Positions 1 to 10,738 of a stretch of DNA of 64,000 nt are shown here, one piece after another (position 1 is the first letter of the stretch; each line of letters begins with the position of its first letter). The position numbers and the translations under genes were made by a program. Location of the stretch: positions 35,340,001 through 35,404,000 of the forward strand of contig CM060731.1 of NCBI GenBank assembly GCA_030704615.1, read 5' to 3'. Source of the DNA: Takakia lepidozioides. Taxonomy: Eukaryota; Plantae; Bryophyta. The notes below the pieces were generated by a model, which saw nothing but the letters and a program-made list of their open reading frames with translations, was not told the DNA's origin and made no database searches.

Positions 1-760
1 CGTGGGATGGAGGCTTTGGAGACCTATGAGCAAATGATAGGGGAAGGGGTGAAGCCCGACCATATCACGTCTGTGTGTTTGCAAGCCTGGCAGCCCTGGA
101 AATGAGCGAAGGGGTGCATGGTTGCATCGCAAAAGCAGGAGTTGGTGAGAAGAATGATGAAGGTCAGAGGGGTTAGAAAGGAGCCAGGTCGCTGCTGCAT
201 TGAGATTTGCAACAGGGTGCACACCTTCGCTGTAGATGACAGGTTGCATCCCAGAATTAAGGAAATCATGCTGAGCTGAGAAGATTGTCTGGGCAGATGA
301 AAGGAGGCGGGGTATGTGCCTGACACGTGCTTTGTATTTCATGATGTGGGGAAGGAGGAAAATGAATTTTCTCTTTGCCACCACAGTGAGAAGCTGGCCA
401 TTGGTTTTGGGCTGATCAGGTTTGTGTGTGTTTGCAGTGCGTGTGCAAGCCTGGCAGCCCTGGAGAAGGGCAAAAAGGTGCATGGTTGCATTGCCAAAGC
501 TGGAATTGTACCAGATGTGATTCTGAACAATACCCTCATGGACATGGATGCCAAATGTGGGAGGATGCGGAGGGAGTGTTCTTGCTTGCAGGATATGCCA
601 GCAGGGGCGCAGGATGGAGGCCTTGGAGACCTATGAACAAATGCTGGGGAAAAGGTGAAGTGCAACCACATCACGTTTGTGTGCGTTGGCAATGCTTGTG
701 CAAGCCTGACAGCCCTGGAAAAGGGAAAAGTGTGGGTCCAGATTCAGCAGCAGCGGCACA
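1..760 (+). pseudogene. PLS-class PPR / E-DYW RNA-editing factor relic (scrambled, frameshifted)
   Basis: PG-box 'GVRKEPGRCCIEICNRVHTF', then '[13 protein letters not shown]...[15 protein letters not shown]' (start of the DYW deaminase), then PPR motifs '[22 protein letters not shown]'. Stops and frameshifts present; no CxxC or DYW tail. Confidence 0.85.
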
Positions 761-1124
761 ATTCATAAAATCAGGCACTGCTAATGAAGACACCTTCTTC
801 AAAACATTTCACCCTGTTTTCCCCTCTTATCGAAATCGTCCTTAAATTTTCATGTTCATTTCTGCAAGTTACTGGTTGAGTAAACCTTTGATAGTTTGCT
901 GAGATGTGGTGTCGTGGAACTCGATGCTTGCAGGGTATGCACAGCAGGGGCACTGGATGAGGCTTTGGCACCAGATGTTGTGTTTGGCACACTATGTAAA
1001 TCCACTAAGACCAGGGAGTAGTCGAGCAGCTCAGTCTGAACCCTTTCCTAGTGCCAACAAACTCTGATGTGGATTCACGCCAAGAAAGGTCTGGAAGCTG
1101 GAAAGCAGGTGCACACTCACAAAC

Positions 1125-1380
1125 ATCGCAGGGTATGCACAGCAGGGACGTGGGATGGTGGATTTGGAGACCTATAATCAAATTATGGGGGAAGGGGTGA
1201 AGCCCAACCACATCATGTTTTTGTGTGATTGCAATGCTTGTGCAAGCCTGGCAGCCCTGGAAAAGGTCAAAAGAGGTCTATGGTGACATTGTCAAAGCTG
1301 GAATTGTACCAGATGTCATTCTGAACTCTGCCCTGGTGGACATGTATGCCCAATGTGGGTGCATTGAGGATGCAAAGCAA
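1125..1380 (+). pseudogene. PPR (PLS-class) fragment
   Basis: 'GYAQQG...' and '[33 protein letters not shown]', typical L/S PPR motifs, frameshifted. Confidence 0.75.
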
Positions 1381-1752
1381 GGAACTTATGTGTACTCTGT
1401 TTATGTACTGGGTGTGGCAGGGAGGCTTTGGAGATTGTGAATGGGTGATGCCTGGTAGGTGAATGTCATGTGTATTCTGATGCCTTTGCCAGTCTTTGAG
1501 CACTGAAAAAGTGCAGATGGATCTGTATGTATTTGTAAGCCTATAAGTTCTGATGTGAGGTTCTCTGGTTTTATGACAGGAACAAAACAATTGTGATCAG
1601 GAAGTGAAGGGCCATCTCCTATTGGAATTCCTCAATCAACATAGCTGGGCCTGAATAAAACATCAATGGACTAGGCCTTTCGTCTTCACTAGGCGTTGCT
1701 GCTAAAAAAATTCTATGTTTTTTTTTTTTTCCATGGGAATAACTTATGACCA

Positions 1753-1980
1753 AGAGTCAGTAGCTCAGTTGGTAAAGTGCACTGAGCGCCATCCGGATGA
1801 TCCTGGGGTCAAATCCTGCTACTTGACGGGTGTGGTATACTCTCCTCCTCCTCCTCTGCGCAGTGTCGCATCAGAAAGCCTTACGGCGAGGTTACTAAGA
1901 GGTTATTTTCTCGTCTCTCTCTATCAGGTGTTTATTTTTTAAATTATTATTTTTTAAAATTATTATTTTTTTAAATTATG
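1753..1980 (+). mobile_element. tRNA-derived SINE-like element (Pol III box A/box B head, AT-rich tail)
   Basis: Box A TAGCTCAGTTGG at 1761-1772 and box B-like GGTCAAATCC at 1807-1816 at tRNA spacing. The cloverleaf is imperfect. (TTATTTTTTAAA)n tail at ~1932-1980. Confidence 0.5.
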
Positions 1981-2947
1981 AAATTAACGCCAGCGTGTCA
2001 TCTCTGATAAGATGGCAGGCTGGTCTCCAACTTTGAATCTTCCTCACCCAATCTCGAGAATAACATGGAACTGAAGGGAATGTAACTTAATGTGAGGAAG
2101 ACTAATTTTATGAGTCACTTTGACGGTACAGCACTTTTGACTGCATGGTCGACCTCCTTGGACATAAGGCGATTGGATGGAAGAACTCTAGCCTGTTACT
2201 GTTGGCTCCTAGCAGCAAGGCAAGGATATGCTCATTGCAGAGGCAGGGATTAAATAGTTAAAAGAGTAAGGGAAGAGTATGGGTGCAGATATATCCAAAA
2301 GGCCCAGTTTTCAAGCAGAATTTCAAATCCACATTATAGTGTACAAGTATTGACTTTGATCCTGAGGAATTTATGTCTGAAGTGCTGCTGGAATGATCAC
2401 TCAAAGACCCACTTGCGGTGTGATATGACTTGATTTCATCACCTTCTATATCGATCACAAGCTTCCCTTTGCAGATTGCACTTGCTTAGTTCAATATAGG
2501 CAGGGAGTAGTAGGCTTTACTCTGATTTTCTACCCTCTTTGCCTTCTACATTTCTGACAGTCGAAATCTGTACTGTCATATGACATCCTCTCACACCTGA
2601 ACAGTGCCCTGCCATATACCTGAGGGAGTAAATTACAGGTAAGACTAAAGGAAAACAAAAAATAGAGCACACACAGTAGTTCAAAGCACTGCAGGGAATT
2701 TTCGATGACTATCTACTGTTATGAGAAATCACCTCATAACGCACAGCTAGGTATTATTCCCCTGTCCCTCCTTTATAGATCGAGGATAAACAGACTACAA
2801 CTACTCTAGCTGCACCATCCAGTTATAACATCCACCCATAATCCCCATGCTTGGAAAGTGAAACCCCTTTTTTTATGCTACACTCTATCCAACTAGAGCT
2901 ATAGACTGCTGGTTGGTATTTTTACTAATTCGGGAGTCTTTGTGATG

Positions 2948-3785
2948 TTATTGGGCAAGCTCTATCGGGATGGTTTGAATGATAATGGCAGTATCCTTGC
3001 TTCTGGGCACAAGACTGACCAGAATGCTGGACTTCTTCTCAAGACCAAGCTGCTTCAGCTTTGATCTGATACCTACCTTGAAAGAATGATCACGGCTACG
3101 AATGCGTGCTAGCTGGGAATTTCCAGTAGTCGGATAGGGATAGAAAGCGCCTGCATATTCTGTACAACCAGCATGTAGCCCAGTGGTAATGGGCACATAC
3201 CAAGTTGGATGTGGTTGTTGGTTCAAACCATGGTCTGGTGTGTCATGAAGGTGTCCACCTTTCAGCTGGAAGGCAGTAGCCCTTGTGGTGAAGAGACACC
3301 ATAAGTTACGCTCCCTTGGGGAGGCGTCATACTTCTTCTTCTACAACTCCAGGGTGTATGCTCATCCGCCTCCGGCAAATTCCAAAACAAGACAAACCCT
3401 AATGGTATCCCTATGCCTTCAATGGCAAGGACCTCTTCTTGAGATCAGCGCTTTCATCAGTTCATATGCACGATTGAACTTCTCTATGTACGCCTGATCC
3501 ACGTTGTGTAGGGATTGCCCGCATTGAATTGGAAGATTCGGGTCTCTTGTGGGGCAGAAAGCAGCAGTCTAGTGGAAGCTCATCGACAATTTTACAGGGT
3601 CGCACCTGGTCAAGTCGTCAAGTCCATGCGCACCGGAGCTTCACGCACAGTGTGTATCGAGCTTCCTACAACACGACGCCGTAGAAACTAGCATAATCGC
3701 CCACAACAGGTGTGGTGGCTCGTCGTTGGACAGTTTCGTTAAAAGGCACGTGGGAACCTGACAAGCTGCATCAATAGTTTTCCAT
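2948..3785 (-). pseudogene. PPO: Polyphenol oxidase (catechol oxidase) pseudogene lacking the tyrosinase core
   Basis: N-terminal 'DLTRC', 'LPLDCC' and 'HNVDQAYIEKFNRAYELMKAL' are joined directly (~3445) to the C-terminal KFDV domain 'QEEVLAIEGI...NLPEADEHTP' and 'TEYAGAFY...VGIRSKLKQLGLEKKSSILVSLVPR'. Confidence 0.8.
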
Positions 3786-4851
3786 TAATGTTGCAGTGTC
3801 GTTGGTGGTGTGACCACCACGCTTGTCACAAGTGAGAACTCGTTTCTCATCAGTCGAAAGGAGGGTGGTAGATAAGATGCCTTGGATATCCGAATCTGGC
3901 ACCCTGGCTTCTTTTTTAAGTCAGAAGAGTGCAGACAACAATAGTGTTGTGCGTTGTGAGCTGCCACTCTTCGGAATCAGATTCTCTGCTGACTAAGAGC
4001 TCCTATTCTGTCAGTTGCCAACGCAATTCCATCAGTGACGAAGGTCAACGAAGGTCAACACGAACATTTCAACCTGCCCAACGAACCTGCCTGGAAAAAT
4101 AAAATTTTAGAGTTCGAAATTGAATACAATATCACATTCCAAATGACAGAAGAGCCACCTTCGTTCAACTTAGGTCCAACAAATTTATATTCTTACCTAC
4201 ATCCCTGAACATTTTCGCAGCACACGATAAACCAAGGTAGAGATATAAATGGCTAAAAAACATGCAGAATTCTTCCATGTACATGCAACCTAGTTTCGAA
4301 TGTTGCAGTGACCAAAGAAGCCATAAAGAGGGTCACCTTCGTTCACCAAAGGTCATAGTGGATAGCTGGGCAACCCAAGATGTAAAAAATAGGAGGGCCG
4401 AAGGTACAAGCTTGACCCGGTCGGGTGTGATAAAATTCGGAGAAATCGACGGTGGGAATTCACATACATCTACCATAGATACAAATTGCACAATTGATAA
4501 ATGTAACAATAGAAAATGAGACACCCTCATACTCCCTGGGTCATGTATGAATGGAATATATATCTACACAATGACGACCAAGGAAAAAATAAAATGCGAC
4601 AAAATGGAAGAATGCATTAACTGGGGAATGCAGTTTTGAAAATTCGAGATGATGGGAGAATTTCACATGCTTCATAAATGTAACACAGGTGCTAACAAAA
4701 TGCAAGTATTTGACAAATATCTTATGGGGTTGTGTCATCTGATCTTATACACCACAACAAGCAAGGACATCACATGGGATTAAATAGCATTTTTTTGAAA
4801 TGTGACATGTATGGTCCCAAAATGTAAATATCCCAAATGTGATGAAATGTG

Positions 4852-7160
4852 TTATTCACAAGTGTCCTCAGATCCCAAATCTATTACACAGTCAGGCAAA
4901 GCATCGACCGAGCTTGTGCCCATACTACTGCTGGACATGTCACATGCCTCGGTAGCCTCGTCCAGAACATAAACATAACTATCATTCCCAAATAATGACT
5001 TCTTCCGTGTCCAGGTGATGGTGTTATCCCACTCCTTGTCGTGATTTGATGTCGCTTGTCTTTGGGCCGCCACCTCTGTATACATTGGGAGCTCTGGAAA
5101 CAACTGTGGGCTCAGGGGCAACTCAGCGTCGTAGGTATACAATGGTCCTCCCATCCTCCGCCTCTTCACGACCGGTTGCCTGAGCATTTGTGGTTGTATG
5201 GTCAAAACCACATACAGAATGGAAACGATTAATACAGCAACGTTACAAGCAGGGTAATGAAATGACTCACTCACAAATCGCCCTTGCCATCTGATCCGTC
5301 GACAATATATTTGACCACAGACTTTCAAGGAGGTTGCAAATCAGCTCGTCTTTTCTTCTGAATGGAATCATTAAATCGCCGTAAAACGTCTTCAAACAAC
5401 TCTTTGTCCCCCTCCATTGCAACGATGTATCTCCCGGATGTACTTGCCGCTTTCACCGAGTTCCCTACAGTAGTAATTTTGACGGAATGAGATCCAGCGA
5501 GATGTTGTGTAATTGTTAAAGCAATACCTGGGAAGCCAAAGCCAGAAGGCGCGATATGATGAAGGTTTTAAAAAGCAAAAAGTGTTAAATTGCCTACAAG
5601 CCAAACATATCCATAAATTTGTTAGAACTCCATATTGAAGGACCTCTGTCCCTAAATTGCTCACCTCGAAAGAACTGCAACTGTTTGGACTCTTCTAGTT
5701 ACACAGCCATACTCTGTCATTACAAATGCCCAAATCACCAGATAAGAGGAGGAATGAGAAAATATTACCTGTTGATGCCGTGATATCCAAAACCCTCGCA
5801 CCCTCAGAGGAACATAATTCCATGAGTGTTTGATAGAACGCAGGGGATTTCTCTTTGCGTCCTCTGTAAGGGTTGCCTTCGGTGGATACTGTCATCTCAG
5901 ATGCTGGAAGATAGTGTCTCAACAGATCCCCGGTGAAACAATCCAGGTTCTTTGAAAAAACAAACCCTTGTTCACTGATCTGAAAGTCCTTGCAGGACTC
6001 CAGCACCAAATAATGCACTTTGAAGACAAATGTCTGTGCACATACAGAGGAAGGGAAACAGATTAGCACTCCAACAAATACCACCACAAGTGATGGAAAT
6101 GTAAATGAAAAGGGAAACAGATTAGCACTCCAAGAAACACCACCACAAATGCCTGAAATGTAAAGCATAAGATCTCACCTTCCCTGTGTTGCAATTCAAA
6201 GCTCTGTCGTTGATGCATGTCCACGTCCTGAACAGTCTCATCTCCTTCTTCCTCATGTGCCTATGTATCGTCGACGTCCGCAGATCACTTGACGCCACAA
6301 CAATGAAGCAACCATTATCATCCATGAGCTGGTACGCTATCTCAAATGCGTGGAGCATGTTCTCATGAGAATACTCATTCCACTCTGGGACATCATCATC
6401 GCAGGGGGTCAATGACGGATCAACAGGATCGACACTGTGACCATCCGGAAGCTCACAGAACACCATGTCCGCAGTTTCAAGGTTACGTGTCCCAGTATTC
6501 TCACATCCGACATCACCAAGGAACTTGGAGATAGAATACAACAAGGACTCATTTTCCATCTTCTCGGATTTAATGAGGGTTGCCAATGTTTTTAAATCCC
6601 CCTGCAAACACAAAACCTTGGAATCCGGGGTAGCAAAAGAAGAACCAATGAACCAGGCTGCCCAAACCATGTCGTCACTTTTAGTTCCACTATGTCTTCT
6701 CTTCTTCTTGTTCTGGGTTCCGTCATTTGCACTTCCTGCGAGTTTCGACTCTCCACGACCAGATGCAGATTGTTCTTTGTCTCCCTTGTTCCTCTTGCCC
6801 ACTGTGATGTACTGTCTCCATTTGTTTTTTGCTTTTTCAGCTTCCAAAGCTGCAATCCTTTCATCTTCCAAAGCAGTTGCGGTGTTAAGGGCCTCTCGAC
6901 GTCGTAGTTGTCGCTGGGTATTCTCAGTATCGGACGCCCCGGTCGGATTGTCCTTACCAACCTTGGCCTCCTCAACAGCAATCTTTTGTCTCTCACCAGC
7001 CGGACCTTCCTTGGCAGGGTAGTCCAGATACCAGGGGCATAGAGATGCACAAACAGGGGTGATGTTCCCAGACTGGTCAGCTGTGTACATAGTAATTTTG
7101 TCGTTGTCATCAGTCGTCCAAGCCTCGGCGACAGAGGGTAGATGATCAAATGCCATGAAC
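4852..7160 (-). CDS. Spliced beta-class DNA amino-methyltransferase-like (N6_N4_Mtase-like) gene, copy 1; exons 7160-6179, 6033-5769, 5464-5275, 5179-4852; one in-frame TGA (5325-5327) after the MTase domain
   Basis: Motif IV-like 'DMVFCELPDG', 'VPEWN', 'LMDDNGCFIVV', 'EKSPAFYQTLMELCSSEGARVLDITASTG|NSVKAASTSGRYIVAMEGD' (motifs X-I-II). GT-AG introns of phase 0, 1 and 2 restore one reading frame. Confidence 0.75.
6050..6166. repeat. ~58-bp tandem duplication inside the first identified intron of MTase copy 1
   Basis: AAGGGAAACAGATTAGCACTCCAA...CACCACAA...GAAATGTAAA occurs twice in tandem. Confidence 0.8.
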
Positions 7161-7643
7161 CTCAAGAAGATACTTGAGACAACGACAATACGAGGTTAAT
7201 GTGCGTGTACGCTCCTCTTATAATATGTACATCATTGTAAAAGTTGGTATACAGAGGTCCATGCAGTCAATCGAGCTCATCCACTGCCCACCTACGTCAA
7301 ACGAAGGTTAAAGAACATAACAAATATCTGCGGCTATGACGGATGTTGATTGCCGGCAGACTAGTGTACAGTGTGTAGATTTAAATAAAATTTACAAATT
7401 GTTAAGCATCAGACATCACATCAAATAACCACCCCATGTAGCTGCATTGATCGCCCTCCCGAAATAAAGAAAGAAAAAGAAAACATTCAGAGAAATTGAG
7501 AAACCCAAGCCCTCCATAGCATCCCGACACTGAGCCTTGAAGGAAACAACAAATACCGACGCACACACCTATGGCACTCCTAACATTGGGTTGGATCCTA
7601 TGCAATAGGAAACTAGCACCACGCACACTACACCATTTTAAAT

Positions 7644-8373
7644 TTAATGTTGTTTTGGAAATGGCTCAATTCTTCGATTGTTTATGCAATCTCTCAAGTG
7701 GGTTTTCATGGTGGATGTTGCGTATCGGGAATGTGCGGGATTTAATCCGAATGCTATATCCGTGGCATAAGCTATTGCAAATACGTCACAGGATGAACCG
7801 TCAGTCTGTTGCATGACATCGGCATAGAAATAATTGAATTGTGGGACAAGGATTAATTTTGTGAGATGTTGTTCTATTTCGTTCGGTAGCCGCTTATCCG
7901 TGGGCATGCTGGAATCAAACACCGTACATTGACAATTAGTTTCATTTGGATTTATCATTGTTAGAATCCAATGGTTGTTGTTGACGAACACGTGCTGCAA
8001 ACACTTCTTGGTGTATTTCGTTCTGCCTAGTAGAGTCGAATATGCATGTTGCTGGTAGTTTTGTGTTTCCAGTTCCTGATGAAATAGTATTTTCACACAA
8101 CCATCCATTGTCATCCAAGATGATTTGTTCGTCGTGCGCTGTCAATAGGAGATCTTCGTGCCAATATGTTTCTTGGCGGAAATTTGTGTCGGATTGTTTG
8201 TCTTCGGAATCGATTTCTATGATTTCGAGCGGTGTGGGAGCTAATTCTGAGCAAGTTTGGTTTTCATTTGATTCTATCGGTGTGGGATGTTCGGCTTCAG
8301 ATTTGGTTGGCATTTTTATTTCTCCGAATGTGTGTCTTGGTTGGAGTGTTTTGGCGGCAAGGTTTGTATTCAC
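7644..8373 (-). pseudogene. Ulp1/C48 SUMO-protease-like domain at the Helitron 3' end
   Basis: 'ILDDNGWLCEN', 'QHVFVNNNHWIL', 'VFDS' and 'QQTDGSSCDVFAIAYA' give the H-D-Q-C catalytic arrangement, split by a frameshift. Confidence 0.75.
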
Positions 8374-8444
8374 CGTGCTGACGTGGTTTTGTGTGATTTT
8401 TGTTTTTGGACATTACAATCGGCTTGTGGAGCCATGAACTCGAG

Positions 8445-9831
8445 TTAGCCTGTCTTAAATTTGGCTCCTTGGATGTCTTCGAACTTAATGTCCCGAAATA
8501 TTACTAGTCCTTGTAGGGAACGCAAACGAGACAGTGTGACGTAAATGTTGTGCATGTTCAAGGGGTGTCCATCTGGTGGTTTTTGCAAGTCGATGATTAT
8601 CCTGTCGAAAGTTTTGTCTTGGCCTTTGTAGTCGGTTAGGCAGTATGCGGGTATCAGAGGCAATTGACGTTTGCTGATTTTGAATTTCTTTGGTTTTTTC
8701 AGTTCATCCTCCGTGTGGTGATAATCGAACGTTCTTGAAACGGGTGTGATGGGCACTACGTTTTCTGGGAGATTTTCTAAATTTATGTTGCTCAATGTTT
8801 GGTGTTGACTGATGAATTCCCCAAAGTCGATTAATACGTGATTTGGCGGGTGCATTAAATTACTTTCCCGTATGATCCAATCGTCTTCTGTTGTCGAGAT
8901 CCCCACTATTTGTCCGACTGCACCGTTTACAAGCCCCAATCTAGGATACAAATTGTCGGTTAGCATGACTGTCATTCCTTTATACAATCTCAAAAATGGA
9001 AGAAGGTTGTGGCTTCTATTCCCGGGTACGGTCTGTCGGATTGCGAATTGGAACTCGTCGCGGAATGCGTGTTTTTTGTAGGTGTCTGTGGCTACTATGG
9101 TATAGGACGCGTAGTTAGATTTACGTGTGTAGTATTCTATCATTTGGTGATTGATGGCGTTCTTTAACTGGTTTCGAGGTACAATGTACGTTGCTTTATC
9201 CCATGGTTCGTTGAAGAGGTTGATTTTCAGGTTTGACATAAATCTTGTTTGTAATAGTTCGAAGTCCGTTTGGGTGAAGTTGTCCTCACGTAGATTCTGT
9301 AGCAATTTCGCATATTGTAGATCGTGGGCTTGTCTCATTTGCTGGGTCAATATGATTGTGTTAGGCCGTATATAATTTTCCCATAGGCTCTTGTCTATAT
9401 TTTGTGAATGTGAATATGGGTTGTATGTTCGTTGAATATAGAGGCGCGTCAGTGACTGGTGGAAACTGCATGAAATCGCCCATGAACATTATGTTGAGTC
9501 CTCCGAATGGTAACATGTTCGATTTGAATTTTTGTAACTTCAGATGGATATCGGCGATCATGTTGCATCCGACCATAGACACTTCGTCTATAATCAAATA
9601 GTCTGTCCTGGACCATTCGTTTATGAAACTTTTTGTGTCGGATTCGTTGACAGTCTGGCTGATTTTCAGTCCCAATAGAGCGTGGATGGTTGATCCCCCT
9701 ATGAGGGTTGCGGCGTTTGCTGTGTAGGCACCGATTTTCAGTATTTTGGGTCTCTTGGTTTTTATAAAGTACGTTTGGATTGCTTTAATTATTTCTGTCT
9801 TTCCCGTTCCGGCAGCACCTCCCACGTACAT
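8445..9831 (-). pseudogene. Helitron Pif1-like SF1B helicase region
   Basis: Walker A 'GAAGTGKT', 'IIDEVSMV', 'FGGLNIMFMGDFMQFPPV', 'TQQMRQ', 'RQLPLIPAYCLTDYKGQ', 'YVTLSR'. Frameshift near 9355-9380. Confidence 0.9.
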
Positions 9832-10738
9832 TACGTTTGTTTTCTTCCATCGAGATGGTGATTTTGTGGATCTATGAAACGTTCAAATGCTGATTCTTGC
9901 GAAGTGTTGAGCTTGTATTTTTTTTTATCACAAAATATTTAGCTATTTGATGTTGATCTGCATTGTGCACGATATCAGGATCTACATCGTAATTGTCGTC
10001 ATCTGTGATATCCATTGATTCGGTTTTTGGAATTTCTCTCAATTCTGGATTTTTGTGTTGGAGGTTAATGTTTTTGGATGACTGAGTTGTTTTTGCAAAC
10101 TCGTACAGGTCGTTGTCAATGCTGGTGGGCAGATTTTTGGATTCGCGTAATGTTTTCAACCATTTATTGATTTGGGTTCTATTTGATTTTTTTGTTGCAG
10201 TTTGGATCATTCTTTTTTTTGGTGCGGTATGGTGTTGTGGTGATATTTTCCCGTTGGCATCCGTAACGAGCTTGTTGGTAACCTCGGTTACATATTGATT
10301 TTCGCTTGTATTGCACATGAGATATTCGATTTGTAATTTCTGGCCTTTTTTGACTATGTCTTCTGTATGTTGTTGCGACGCTGAATTGTCGTCCACATAT
10401 ATATCGTCGTCATCGTCATCATGCATTTTGTCTGGCATCTCATTGTATAAGGGGTCGATGTTGATGTCTTCTGGATTCTCTTCATCATCTGGATTTTCGT
10501 TATTCAGTAACAGTCTGTCGGAGTCTCGTGATTCTTTGCATTCGTGGAGCATGTCGATATTTGCGATGATTTTTCTGTTGAATTCCGAATATTTTGGATA
10601 AAGTTCGTCGAGAGTGTCTTCCCAACTTTGTTGTGATCTTGACTTTAAGTCGTGGATAGATCTCCATGGCATGAACAGAATACAAATAGCGCGAGCGTAC
10701 GTTGCCGCATCATTTTTTTTCGAAGGTATTTTGTAACC

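Noticed and set aside
1753-1830. Functional tRNA gene
   Set aside because: Acceptor, D and anticodon stems pair poorly and the T-loop lacks TTC. Treated as SINE-like.
4852-7160. Bacterial contamination as the source of the MTase-like sequences
   Set aside because: Conserved GT-AG introns, C-to-T decay and interleaving with plant genes and TEs indicate nuclear residence.
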